Positions 1-9,854 of a stretch of DNA of 64,000 nucleotides are shown here, piece by piece; the stretch's first letter is position 1, and each line of letters begins with the position of its first letter. The stretch is from the NCBI GenBank assembly GCA_017542465.1, contig JAFXXB010000032.1, forward strand, positions 10,086 through 74,085, read 5' to 3'. The notes under the pieces are model-generated. The model saw nothing but the letters and a program-made list of their open reading frames with translations. It searched no databases and had not been told where the DNA came from. The translations under genes were made by a program, and so were the position numbers. The DNA is from Bacilli bacterium. GTDB taxonomy: Bacteria > Bacillota_I > Bacilli_A > RF39 > UBA660.

Positions 1-2
1 TA

Positions 3-416
3 ATTGTTGGTTATAATAATTCAACATTCAGTCCATTCTTCAATATATATGAAATTGATCAAGATAAATTTAAAGAAGCATATAATATATTAAATAAGAA
101 TAAACTAGATATTACTAATTTTAAAGAAGATAAAATAGAAGCAAATATCACAACTGATAAAAATTACGTTTATACTTCTATTCCTTATGATGAAGGATGG
201 AAAGTATATGTTGATGATAAAGAAGTAGAAACGCATAAATTAGCTAATACATTATTAACATTTAACGTAGAACCTGGAACACATAAAGTTAAGTTTATCT
301 ATAGACCTAAAGGTATGAAAACAGGTATATTATTATCAGCAATAGGTATATGTTTATTATTTATAGATAACATTTTTAAATTAATAATTAAACAAATAAA
401 AAAGAAACATAAATAA
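3..416 (+). CDS. YfhO-family membrane protein, C-terminal fragment (5' end outside window)
   Basis: The frame is open from the window edge to the TAA at 414-416. SIPYDEGWKVYVDDKEV...GTHKVKFIYRPKG plus a terminal TM helix resembles the conserved YfhO C-terminus. Confidence 0.55.
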   Translation: MVGYNNSTFSPFFNIYEIDQDKFKEAYNILNKNKLDITNFKEDKIEANITTDKNYVYTSIPYDEGWKVYVDDKEVETHKLANTLLTFNVEPGTHKVKFIYRPKGMKTGILLSAIGICLLFIDNIFKLIIKQIKKKHK

Positions 417-433
417 TATGTTTCTTTTATTTT
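402..433. terminator. bidirectional rho-independent terminator between convergent genes
   Basis: Hairpin aagaaacat/atgtttctt flanked by an A-run and a T-run. Both stop codons lie in or beside it. Confidence 0.6.
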
Positions 434-1344
434 GTAAATAACTTACTAACATTCTTTTTAGGTACCATTAATCTAATTGATTGGGTATTTCTTATATCAT
501 ATGTATATGTATTAATTTCTAGTTTTTCTCCATCAATACACCAATTCTTTTTTAATCTTTCTTTAAACTTTAATTTTATATTATTAGTTCTAAAAGATAT
601 TACATCTTGTACATTTTTAGGTCCACTGAAAGCAGATAGACCTAAAGCTCTTAATATATCCAATCTCTTTTTAGCTGTAACAATATATACTTCAAATAAA
701 TCATCATCTAATTTAACATTCTTAAAGAATGAATTCATTCCAGCTATTCTTGTGGCATTACAGATCATCATCATTGATGCATCAATCTTATGTGATTCAC
801 CATCTACAGTATAAGTTATTTCATAAGATTTTGTTTGAGTGAAGAAGTCTTTTATTCCACTCATAACATATGCTAAATAACCATATTTTTTCTTATTTTC
901 TCTAGTAGTATCATAAGCAATACTTAAGAACTTACCAAATCCGCCAACATATACAAAAGGCCTTTTATTTATTGTTGGTATATCAATAGTTTTAATTTCA
1001 CCTTTTAAACAAGCATCTATATTTTTATCAGTATTATCAGTATAACCAAACATTCTACCAATATCATTTGTAGTACCTATAGGTACATGAGCAAGTAATA
1101 ATTGATTCTTTCTTAAAGAATTACCATATACTATCTCATTAAAAGTTCCATCTCCACCCATAGACATAACCAAATCAACATAACCAATATGTTGAACTAT
1201 TTCCTTAGCATGTCCTTTGTATTGAGTAGCTATAAATTGTACGTTATAATCATGTTTTTCTATTAAAGCTTTATAACGAGGTATTAATTTTTTCTTGATT
1301 GTGTGCCCAGATGTAGGGTTATATATAACAATACACTTTTTCAC
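427..1344 (-). CDS. diacylglycerol/lipid kinase family protein (DagK/YegS-like)
   Basis: 305 aa. IVIYNPTSG and GGDGTFNE are DAGK catalytic-domain motifs. Confidence 0.75.
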   Translation of the reverse strand: MKKCIVIYNPTSGHTIKKKLIPRYKALIEKHDYNVQFIATQYKGHAKEIVQHIGYVDLVMSMGGDGTFNEIVYGNSLRKNQLLLAHVPIGTTNDIGRMFGYTDNTDKNIDACLKGEIKTIDIPTINKRPFVYVGGFGKFLSIAYDTTRENKKKYGYLAYVMSGIKDFFTQTKSYEITYTVDGESHKIDASMMMICNATRIAGMNSFFKNVKLDDDLFEVYIVTAKKRLDILRALGLSAFSGPKNVQDVISFRTNNIKLKFKERLKKNWCIDGEKLEINTYTYDIRNTQSIRLMVPKKNVSKLFTK

Positions 1345-1444
1345 CTTTAATACCTCCTAACACTCCTATATTATAAAAGTATTTCACTTAAATATCAATG
1401 AAAAATTATATATGGTATAATATAAATATAATCAGGAGGGCAAC

Positions 1445-3364
1445 ATGGAAGACTATTATTCAGAAAACTTAAAGGATCAACTTTTTTTATACAAATTTAA
1501 TCCAGAAAAAAGAGATGAATTATACGATGTAATAATGCTTCGTAATAAGAATAAATTATTTAGAAGTATGTTAGAGATGTTTGAAGAGGATGTAGATAAT
1601 TTTAAGTATGATTCAAACACTAATATCCTATATATATTTGCTTTATTAGATTTAATACCAGATGTAATAGGTAATAATAAATATCTGCAACAAACTTGCT
1701 CATATAAGTTCACTGAAATACATGGAAAACTAAAGGATATAATACATTCTAAACCTGAAAACTTAAATAAAGAGGAAACAGGAAACTATAAAACTATAAA
1801 GAATATTCTTTCAAAACTTGAAAATACAATTATTAAACTTGAATGGGATATACCTCAAGATTATGATCCAAATAAAGAAGAATTTATATCTTATATTATC
1901 TTTAATAGTAAAAACTTAAATATATTAGAGAATTCAGTTAAACAATTCCCGCATATAGTTAATACTAGAGATGAGCAAGAAACACCTTTATTATTCAAAG
2001 TGTTAGATAAATATATAGAATCATTAAATATATATGCCTCTAATCCTAATCTAGGTCCTATAGATGATTTAATATATTATAAGAAAGTAATTAAGATATT
2101 ATTATCATCAGAAAAACTATCTATAAATGATGAAGATAAGAAAAACATATTAATTAAACTACAAAACGAATTAAAAAACTTTAAGTATGATGTTACAAGA
2201 CAAAAAGAAAAATATACATACTTTATTAATTCAGTATTAATGATGATATTAGGTGAAGAAGAAACTAACACTATATCAAATTTAAATTATGAATATGAAG
2301 TGCATGAGGATTTTAAAGCAACTCATAATCTAGAAGCCAAAAGAATATATATATTAAACAAAAATATTGTACAACCAAAACAAAAAAGACATATTTATTC
2401 ATTTGATGGCGAAGATGCAAAAGAATTAGATGATGCTTTATCAATCATACATGAGGATGGTATATATCATTTAGGTGTGCATATAGCTAATCCATATAAA
2501 TATATTGGTAATAAATCTATTTTATATGATGAAGCAAGAAAAAGAACAAGATCATTATACTTTAATAATGATTGTATTCCTATGTATCCTATAAATCTAT
2601 CTGGAGATTTAATGAGTTTAAATGAAGGAGAAACAAGATATGCCATGAACCATCTATTTGATATAGATGATAGAACAGGTGAATTAATTAGTTATAAGAT
2701 TACTGATGATCCTATTAAAGTAACAAAGAATTGTACTTATAAACAATTTAATGAAGATATTCAAAAAGGATCAGATGATGAAGATTATTACGAAACATTA
2801 TTGGAGTTGTGTGATGTAGCTCCTATATTAGGAAGAGTATATGATGAAGAAACAACATATAAAGAATTCCATAATGATAATGCTAAAACACTTTCTACAT
2901 CAGTTGTTGAAAAATGTATGATTTATACAAACTATCAATTAGCTAAGTTATTCTCAGATAAAGGATTACCATACATCTATAGATGTCATATGATAGATCC
3001 TGAAACAACAAAAAAGATTGAAGATATGACAGAAAGAATGAGATTAAGAGATCCTAATAATCAAAATAAAGAATATATTAAGAATTTAGAATTAATTAAA
3101 GGTATATTCCCAAGAGCATATTATACAAATAAGAATGTAGGACATATGGGACTTGGAACAACATACTATTCACATGTTACTTCTCCATTAAGAAGATATG
3201 CGGATAATATTGCTTCTGAATGTATATATAAGTTTATATTAGGAGAATATACAGAAGATGATATAAAAGCCTATAATGAATATATTCAAATGATATCTGA
3301 GGAAATAAATGCTAAAAGAAGAACTTTAGATTCATATGAAATTGAAAGAATGCATATAAAATAA
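1445..3364 (+). CDS. RNB-domain exoribonuclease (RNase II/R family) with an unrecognised N-terminal half
   Basis: 639 aa. The C-terminal half has RNB motifs (HIANP..., GHMGLG..YSHVTSPLRRYADN). An aggaggg RBS lies upstream. Confidence 0.65.
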   Translation: MEDYYSENLKDQLFLYKFNPEKRDELYDVIMLRNKNKLFRSMLEMFEEDVDNFKYDSNTNILYIFALLDLIPDVIGNNKYLQQTCSYKFTEIHGKLKDIIHSKPENLNKEETGNYKTIKNILSKLENTIIKLEWDIPQDYDPNKEEFISYIIFNSKNLNILENSVKQFPHIVNTRDEQETPLLFKVLDKYIESLNIYASNPNLGPIDDLIYYKKVIKILLSSEKLSINDEDKKNILIKLQNELKNFKYDVTRQKEKYTYFINSVLMMILGEEETNTISNLNYEYEVHEDFKATHNLEAKRIYILNKNIVQPKQKRHIYSFDGEDAKELDDALSIIHEDGIYHLGVHIANPYKYIGNKSILYDEARKRTRSLYFNNDCIPMYPINLSGDLMSLNEGETRYAMNHLFDIDDRTGELISYKITDDPIKVTKNCTYKQFNEDIQKGSDDEDYYETLLELCDVAPILGRVYDEETTYKEFHNDNAKTLSTSVVEKCMIYTNYQLAKLFSDKGLPYIYRCHMIDPETTKKIEDMTERMRLRDPNNQNKEYIKNLELIKGIFPRAYYTNKNVGHMGLGTTYYSHVTSPLRRYADNIASECIYKFILGEYTEDDIKAYNEYIQMISEEINAKRRTLDSYEIERMHIK

Positions 3365-3393
3365 AAAACTAGTCATAAGACTAGTTTTATTTA
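3365..3393 (+). terminator. rho-independent terminator
   Basis: aaaactagtc-ataa-gactagtttt hairpin followed by a T-run, directly after the stop codon. Confidence 0.7.
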
Positions 3394-3398
3394 TTAAT

Positions 3399-3472
3399 TG
3401 GAGGAGCCAGCAGGATTCGAACCAGCGCTCGGGGAGTTGCAGTCCCATGCCTTACCACTTGGCTATGGCTCC
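3399..3472 (-). tRNA. tRNA-Cys (anticodon GCA), CCA encoded
   Basis: The reverse complement folds as a cloverleaf: acceptor GGAGCCA/TGGCTCC, anticodon loop CUGCAAC, T-loop TTCGAAT, discriminator U73 typical of tRNA-Cys, and a 3' CCA. Confidence 0.85.
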
Positions 3473-3523
3473 ATTACAAAAAAGATTATACCATAACAGA
3501 TATAATCTTTTCAACATTAAATT

Positions 3524-5131
3524 TTATCCTTTAAGTTGTACTATATAAGTGTTATTTCTGAATTTAAAGAATAACTTAATAGCACTAGCATCCAATATCT
3601 TTCTATCAACAAGGAAGAAAGCTTTATCTTCAACATTACTATTTGGTACAATTGTTACCTTATCAGTATATATTCTACCATTCAATACATATTCTACATA
3701 TGCATAATTACTTAATATTTTATTATAGGTATTAAATGTTTGTACAAACTTAGCATCATCATATTTATTTGCATTATAACCAACAACCAACATAGTCATT
3801 TTATTATAATTATTGGCTGTAATTAATGTATTGTACTTTTGACATTTTAAATCTCTACCACATACAACATATTTATCTAAATAGTTTTCTTGTATTGAAT
3901 AATCATTAATTGTAATATCAAATTGATTTTCATTATTAACATTTGTACTAATAATTTCATTGATATTAACATCAATATTCTTATCTTCAACATCAACATT
4001 AATAGGATTAATATTAAATTTAATAAAATTAGATATTATATTCTTTGATTGAGATGTAATACCATATTCAATTTCCAGTATAAAATTACTTAGATCTGTA
4101 GATTTAGGTATTTCAAATATAACTAATCTTTCAACTGCTTCTTGAGGATGAAGGACTGAATCCTTCTCATATCCAACACCCATATCATAGAATTTTGAAT
4201 TATATGTTAATGTTGGAGAATATCTTATTTGATTATCTGCTAAGAAGATAGTATCAATATCTAATTTCTTTTCATTTTGAGTAGTGTTATTAAATAACAT
4301 ATTAATAACTACAAATTTTGATCCATCTTTAATAGTTTCACCATTATAATCTTCTTCAGTTACATAAGCTTTATTAACCGCATAATCAATACCATTAATT
4401 GAGGTAACTTGTTGAGCTTGAACCTTCTTCATAAATTGAAGATAATATCTGACTCCAAAATAACCTAAAGCTAAAGCACCAATTACTATTAAAGCCATTA
4501 AGGCTAATCTATTCTCTAATATATAATACTTCATTTCTCTAAATGATCTTCTGATAAATCTCATATACTTATAGTTATTTTGACCTACCATTACTTCGAA
4601 CTCTTCTGAGTCTTTATCAACAATCTTTAATTCTTCAATATCTTTAGAGAAGTTAAATTGTTTAAGGTTAAATCCAATACCACGAATAAGAGTTATAACT
4701 ATAAATATATATCCTGGAATTCTTACAATAAATAAGAAATCTCTCATAAGAGTTAAAGTATCAGGTTCAATACTAGAAGTAATTAATTTATTTAAGTTAA
4801 TATAAAAATATATATAAGCAACAGTAGTTACCACTATATATATAATTAACCATAAATATGAAGCAGAAGGCTTATTCTTGATTCTTAATAACCAATATAA
4901 AGCTCCACCAAGAAACAAGGCAACAGCTATAAATAAGAATACAGTCATATTCATGTATACATCTGCACCAGAATATGTATATGTTCTAGAATTAATAAGA
5001 GTTTTAACAAGTGATGCAATACCAGCAAAGTTGTATTCTATAAATAATAAACATCCGAGTATGACTAAGTGAATAATCTTAAAGTACTTAATCATTAAGG
5101 CATAAGGTTTTCTTAATATCACTTTAATCAA
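3524..5131 (-). CDS. hypothetical multi-pass membrane protein with a large C-terminal extracytoplasmic domain
   Basis: 535-aa ORF with several N-terminal hydrophobic helices. No family recognised. Confidence 0.5.
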   Translation of the reverse strand: MIKVILRKPYALMIKYFKIIHLVILGCLLFIEYNFAGIASLVKTLINSRTYTYSGADVYMNMTVFLFIAVALFLGGALYWLLRIKNKPSASYLWLIIYIVVTTVAYIYFYINLNKLITSSIEPDTLTLMRDFLFIVRIPGYIFIVITLIRGIGFNLKQFNFSKDIEELKIVDKDSEEFEVMVGQNNYKYMRFIRRSFREMKYYILENRLALMALIVIGALALGYFGVRYYLQFMKKVQAQQVTSINGIDYAVNKAYVTEEDYNGETIKDGSKFVVINMLFNNTTQNEKKLDIDTIFLADNQIRYSPTLTYNSKFYDMGVGYEKDSVLHPQEAVERLVIFEIPKSTDLSNFILEIEYGITSQSKNIISNFIKFNINPINVDVEDKNIDVNINEIISTNVNNENQFDITINDYSIQENYLDKYVVCGRDLKCQKYNTLITANNYNKMTMLVVGYNANKYDDAKFVQTFNTYNKILSNYAYVEYVLNGRIYTDKVTIVPNSNVEDKAFFLVDRKILDASAIKLFFKFRNNTYIVQLKG

Positions 5132-5187
5132 CTCCTATTCTACAATTAATTATAGCATAAAAAAAAGATAAAATATATTACTATATC

Positions 5188-6273
5188 TTATCTTGAAAAT
5201 ACAAATATTTTATTCATGTAATTAAAGTTCCATTCAAATGATTCAGCTATTTTTGTTTCACCTTTGCTAGGATTATAATTGTATAATGAAGTTCCACTTA
5301 TATAATATACATCATCATTTGATTTATAGATTATATCTTTAATATCATGATTACTTATTCTTACATATTTATCTGACTTATAATATCTATAATAAATCTT
5401 ATTATTAAATACTAAATAGTTGTATAAATTATCATAGCTAAATAATATTTTATTGTATATCAATTTGTTTTTATTGATAGTAGTTCTTTTCTTATCATAG
5501 AATATGACCATTTCTTTACTTGTTGCAACCTTAATCTTTTTTCTCTTAATATTCATTCTATATTCTACTTTATTAGACACATCAAATAAATATAAATCTT
5601 CTCCAATATTACCTAAGAAATATGAATCATAAGATATATCAACATTTAATCTCCATTCTTCAATAGTATGTTTATCATTATTATAAATATACATCTTATT
5701 AAATGAATGTTCTTGATCATAATTAGGAGTAATAATATACTCATTAAATTGATATGCTAGGTCATTAGAATATGACTCTTTAGATAAGAAATTGTAATCT
5801 TTATTATTATTCTTATCAGTATAACCATATCCATTCCATACCAAATATGAATAATCATAGTTATATATTTTAAATTGTTCATCAGATTTATTATTATCAT
5901 CACTTTCAATTAAATTATGATCATAATAATCTTTACCGTTTGAACATATAGAGTTTGTTGTAATATTACCTACTTTAATAGCTAAGCATTTATAATCATC
6001 ATTTGTAGCATCTGTTATAAATTCAGTTATTAATTTTCTTTTTCTACTATATTTATGATTAATAGCATAATCATAAGTATAATCATCTTTAGATACATTA
6101 AATGTATACATGTTATCATCTTTATAATAAGATTCAATAACATGATATTCATTTAAATCGTACTCTAATTTGTATTCTACTTCTTTATTAAAGAATCCTA
6201 AGAATAATACAATTAAGACAATAAGTACTATTAAAAAAATAATTAATTTAAAATTATCTTTTATAAACTTCAT
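5188..6273 (-). CDS. hypothetical membrane-anchored protein (Asn/Tyr-rich)
   Basis: 361-aa ORF with a single N-terminal TM helix (LIIFLIVLIVLIVLFLGFF). No family recognised. Confidence 0.5.
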   Translation of the reverse strand: MKFIKDNFKLIIFLIVLIVLIVLFLGFFNKEVEYKLEYDLNEYHVIESYYKDDNMYTFNVSKDDYTYDYAINHKYSRKRKLITEFITDATNDDYKCLAIKVGNITTNSICSNGKDYYDHNLIESDDNNKSDEQFKIYNYDYSYLVWNGYGYTDKNNNKDYNFLSKESYSNDLAYQFNEYIITPNYDQEHSFNKMYIYNNDKHTIEEWRLNVDISYDSYFLGNIGEDLYLFDVSNKVEYRMNIKRKKIKVATSKEMVIFYDKKRTTINKNKLIYNKILFSYDNLYNYLVFNNKIYYRYYKSDKYVRISNHDIKDIIYKSNDDVYYISGTSLYNYNPSKGETKIAESFEWNFNYMNKIFVFSR

Positions 6274-6274
6274 A

Positions 6275-6712
6275 CTAATCTTCTTCTCTATCAGGATATC
6301 TCTTCTTCATTTCTTGCATGAATGTTGTAATAATTGTTTCTATCTCTGGCATAGCTTTTTTAGATAGATCTGATATCCATACAGTTTCTTTAATTGTATC
6401 AATACCAATTGTTCCCCATATAATACCAGATTTGACAGTACAATCGTTATACATATCTGGAGTAATTGAAACAAACTTATAACCTGGCCAAATAAAATTT
6501 TGACCTACAATTAATCTCTCAGATGTAACAGCTACAACACCTGTTTCAATTATATTTAATGGACTATCATTTAATTGTCCACAGAAAGCATATAATAATT
6601 CTTCATTAGGATTTAAATGCTTATCAATAACAGCACAATGTTTTTTTAGTCTCCAAGAAACTGTTCCTGGAAATTTTTGTTTAAATGCTTTTACTTTATC
6701 ATAAGTTCTCAT
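6275..6712 (-). CDS. hypothetical protein, possibly a bacterial PH (YokE-like) domain
   Basis: 145 aa, tightly packed with its neighbours (1-nt spacers). The ...VVAVTSERLIVGQ pattern is reminiscent of bPH domains. This is a weak call. Confidence 0.35.
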   Translation of the reverse strand: MRTYDKVKAFKQKFPGTVSWRLKKHCAVIDKHLNPNEELLYAFCGQLNDSPLNIIETGVVAVTSERLIVGQNFIWPGYKFVSITPDMYNDCTVKSGIIWGTIGIDTIKETVWISDLSKKAMPEIETIITTFMQEMKKRYPDREED

Positions 6713-6713
6713 A

Positions 6714-7502
6714 TTATCCCTCCATGATTTCTTTTAATTTTTCTACATATGTAGCATAATCATAATATCCTTTAATACAACCTATTACTTTACCTTTTTT
6801 ACTTACAATAGTCATTGGTTTTGCATATCCTTCAGACATTGTTTGTTCCTTTTCCATTGAATTACATTTAGCAGGAACTGTAATCTTCATATCCATTAAT
6901 GAATTATATTCAGTTTCACTCATCTCTTTTGTATCAAAATAGTATATATCATATACTTTGTTTTTAACTACATTATTTATAACGTTTTGTAATCTCTCAC
7001 AATAACTACAAGTATAATCACCAAATACTGCAATTGTAGTATTTTTAGAATTAAACAATTGATTATAATCATTAACACTTGTTACATTATATACTCTTTC
7101 AGCTTTAGGTAAATATCCATATAAATACTTCTTTAAATATTCATCTTTATCTTTAGTATTATCTATATAACCTAAATAACTCTTGCTATCAAATAATAAA
7201 TATATATTACCTTCAACATTTTCCGCATTTTCTTTTGATTTAATATAGTTTATTACTTCTTCATTACTATCAGTCAATTGATATATTTTAATATCATTTT
7301 CATCTCTTATACTCTTTAACTTTTTCTTTTCTTCTTTAGTTAAATCACCCGAGAAAAATAAAGTATAGTTATTTTCATTTATAATTGAATCAATATCTGC
7401 GATTCTTGCTTTCTTTATACTTAATGATCTAATAAACACAAACATTAAGATAACTACAATAATAACACCAATCACAATATATATTTGTTTGTTCTTTCCC
7501 AT
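6714..7502 (-). CDS. membrane-anchored thioredoxin-fold protein (CxxC)
   Basis: 262 aa with an N-terminal TM helix. The FGDYTCSYCERL motif lies in a thioredoxin-like context. Confidence 0.5.
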   Translation of the reverse strand: MGKNKQIYIVIGVIIVVILMFVFIRSLSIKKARIADIDSIINENNYTLFFSGDLTKEEKKKLKSIRDENDIKIYQLTDSNEEVINYIKSKENAENVEGNIYLLFDSKSYLGYIDNTKDKDEYLKKYLYGYLPKAERVYNVTSVNDYNQLFNSKNTTIAVFGDYTCSYCERLQNVINNVVKNKVYDIYYFDTKEMSETEYNSLMDMKITVPAKCNSMEKEQTMSEGYAKPMTIVSKKGKVIGCIKGYYDYATYVEKLKEIMEG

Positions 7503-7561
7503 ATTTTCCTCCTATTAATATTGTACAATATATATCTAAAAATATCAAAAAAATCAGTAGA

Positions 7562-7999
7562 TTACACTGATTTCTTATTTTCTAAATATTCTTTTATTAT
7601 TCTTATCTTTTCTTTATCTTTGTCTCTATTATTAGTAATCATCCATTCAAGATTAATTTCTAACTTTTCTACGGGATAATCATCAACTATTTCTATATTA
7701 TCTTTATTAAAGTTCTTACAATTAACATCTATATTATCAGATAATTCATATACATAGTCATATCTATCTGATTGTCTCATGTGATATTTATCCATCAATT
7801 TATCAAATAGTTCTTTAGATACTCTAATATCAACATCATTACAAGAATCAGTTAAACCATGCATTAATAATGATCCACTTGCAATAATACAATATTCATG
7901 CTTATCTAATTTTAAATTATCAACAATTCTTAAGTATTCTTCTTTGTTCACATTACTTCCTACTTTACTATATTTTTCTTCTTTGTATTTTTTATCCAC
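7562..7999 (-). CDS. hypothetical protein, possible nucleotidyltransferase fold
   Basis: 145 aa. The ASGSLLMHGL...DVDI pattern (GS...D.D) suggests this fold. Its 5' end overlaps pnuC by 40 nt, so the true start is uncertain. Confidence 0.35.
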   Translation of the reverse strand: MDKKYKEEKYSKVGSNVNKEEYLRIVDNLKLDKHEYCIIASGSLLMHGLTDSCNDVDIRVSKELFDKLMDKYHMRQSDRYDYVYELSDNIDVNCKNFNKDNIEIVDDYPVEKLEINLEWMITNNRDKDKEKIRIIKEYLENKKSV

Positions 8000-8637
8000 A
8001 TATATAATCCATAGAAATTAATAACCATAAATCCAATAGATACAAGTAACATCATAATTGAATTAGGTGTTCCTTGAACAGTATTAATAATCCATATTAT
8101 TAGATCTATTGTATTATTAAATAACCATATCATCCAAGCTTCTCTATATCTAAAGTTCATTAATATAACAGCACATAAATTAATAATATTACTACTTGAA
8201 TCTAAAAAGGCTAGACGCTGTCCTGGTATTAAACTTAATAAATAACCAAATATAAATGATCCTACTATACATGAAATAATAATTATAACAGCCTTTTTAA
8301 AAGTAAATGCTTTAGCTTCAACTTCATCATCATTCATATGTTTCTTCCAACTAATATATCCCATTATTTGAGAAGGAAAATATACAAGTATAGATAATCC
8401 TGCTAATCCATATAATCCATTTACAAATGATACATAAGCAACAAATAGACAATATATTGCTCCAAATACATAGTTTATTATTCTTCCATTACTAGCATAA
8501 TATGAATTTAATAATCCTGTAGCTAATATAATTGTTCCTATAATATAATCATTTGATATAATTCCACATGTTATGGAAAAAATAACTATAACAATAGTAT
8601 ATATTACATCCTTAAGTTTCATTATTATCACATCCAT
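7960..8637 (-). CDS. pnuC: nicotinamide riboside transporter PnuC family
   Basis: 225 aa with about 7 TM helices and a PnuC-like layout (YFPSQIMGYISW, W..FNNTIDLIIW). Confidence 0.7.
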   Translation of the reverse strand: MDVIIMKLKDVIYTIVIVIFSITCGIISNDYIIGTIILATGLLNSYYASNGRIINYVFGAIYCLFVAYVSFVNGLYGLAGLSILVYFPSQIMGYISWKKHMNDDEVEAKAFTFKKAVIIIISCIVGSFIFGYLLSLIPGQRLAFLDSSSNIINLCAVILMNFRYREAWMIWLFNNTIDLIIWIINTVQGTPNSIMMLLVSIGFMVINFYGLYMWIKNTKKKNIVK

Positions 8638-8650
8638 TTTAATTATATCA

Positions 8651-8673
8651 AAAAAGAACCATTATTGGTTCTT
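8651..8673 (-). terminator. rho-independent terminator downstream of ssrA
   Basis: On the minus strand: AAGAACC-AAUAAU-GGUUCUU followed by UUUUU. Confidence 0.65.
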
Positions 8674-8684
8674 AAAAATCTCAA

Positions 8685-9045
8685 TGGTGGAGCCGAGGAG
8701 AGTTGAACTCCTGTCCAAACTACTCTTATATACAGCATCTACAGGTTTATTTAGATCAAAATTTCATAAACACTAGGAATCTAACAACCATATGTTTACT
8801 ATCCTAATAAGTATTCATTCATATTATCTAGGAAAATAATATAAATATATTCTATATATATGAACCTTTTAATAAACTATAGAAAATCTATTAATCGGTG
8901 CCTCATTGCCAATCTTAGGCAAAAGCTAAGGCAGTATTATAATTATTGTTGTCAGTTATATTTAACTGTGTTGGAAGATTAGGTCTTACCTTACCACCTG
9001 CAACCATATCAAGACTGTAATCTGTCGAAACCAGAAAACGGCCCC
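8685..9045 (-). ncRNA. ssrA: tmRNA (ssrA)
   Basis: On the minus strand the 5' end is GGGGCCGTTTTCTGGTTTCGACAG and the 3' end is GGACAGGAGTTCAACTCTCCTCGGCTCCACCA (tRNA-Ala-like T-arm, acceptor and CCA). An internal tag frame reads GAC AAC AAT AAT TAT AAT ACT GCC TTA GCT TTT GCC TAA (DNNNYNTALAFA*). Confidence 0.9.
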
Positions 9046-9095
9046 ATATAAATAGATGTGATATAAATATACCACATCTATACTATATATTCAAA

Positions 9096-9377
9096 TTAAT
9101 TATTAGAAACATCAATGATTAATTCACCATCTTTTGTATATAAGTATTTTTCTCTAGCATACTTAGCTACATATTCAGGATCTTGAAGTTTATTTACTTC
9201 ATCATTAAGTTCATCTTCTTTATTCATTAATTGATTATATTGTTGTTCTAATTCTATCTTTTTATTCTTATTAGAGATTATTGTTTTCCAACTATTAAAA
9301 CATGTAAACCCAACAAAGCCTACAATTAAACCTAATATCACGAAATAAATTGTCATTCTCAAATGATATCTCTTCAT
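9096..9377 (-). CDS. divIC: septum formation initiator family protein (FtsB/DivIC-like)
   Basis: 93 aa with an N-terminal TM helix and a coiled coil (ELEQQYNQLMNKEDELNDEVNKLQDPEYVAKYAREKY). Confidence 0.65.
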   Translation of the reverse strand: MKRYHLRMTIYFVILGLIVGFVGFTCFNSWKTIISNKNKKIELEQQYNQLMNKEDELNDEVNKLQDPEYVAKYAREKYLYTKDGELIIDVSNN

Positions 9378-9465
9378 AATAATCTCCTATACTAATTATA
9401 AACTAAAATGTAAATCGATATTGCATTTACACAGTAATTTATATCTAGTTTACGTGAGATTTTAC

Positions 9466-9492
9466 GCAAAATAAAAGAACCATTTAGGTTCT
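9466..9492 (-). terminator. rho-independent terminator after spoVG
   Basis: On the minus strand: AGAACC-UAAAU-GGUUCU followed by UUUAUUUU. Confidence 0.6.
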
Positions 9493-9493
9493 A

Positions 9494-9793
9494 TTATTCT
9501 TCATCATCTGTTTCTTCTTCTGTGTCAGCTTTAGCTAAAGCTTCTTCATAAACAGGATAAATTGCATCTTCAAAAATCTTTCTTGCATCAGCACTTATAG
9601 GATGAGCTATATCTCTATGTTCTCCTGGTGCAATTTGTTTAGAAGGCATAGCTAAGAATAAACCATTACTTCCTTCTAAGATTCTTATATCATGTACTAC
9701 AAACAAACCATCTATAGTAACAGTGACATAAGCTCTCATTTTTGAATTGTCGCGCTTAACGATATGAACATCTACATCTGTAATCTTCATCAT
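9494..9793 (-). CDS. spoVG: septation/regulatory protein SpoVG
   Basis: MKITDVDVHIV...FVVHDIRILEGSNGLFLAMPSK...HRDIAHPI is a near-canonical SpoVG sequence with an acidic tail. Confidence 0.9.
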   Translation of the reverse strand: MMKITDVDVHIVKRDNSKMRAYVTVTIDGLFVVHDIRILEGSNGLFLAMPSKQIAPGEHRDIAHPISADARKIFEDAIYPVYEEALAKADTEEETDDEE

Positions 9794-9854
9794 GTCACCT
9801 CTCCACTATTCTATTATCATTATATAACAAATATATGTTAAAAATCAATAAATA

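Noticed and set aside
8573-8776. 67-aa plus-strand ORF
   Set aside because: It spans the pnuC start, the ssrA terminator and the 3' end of tmRNA on the opposite strand. It is explained by those features.
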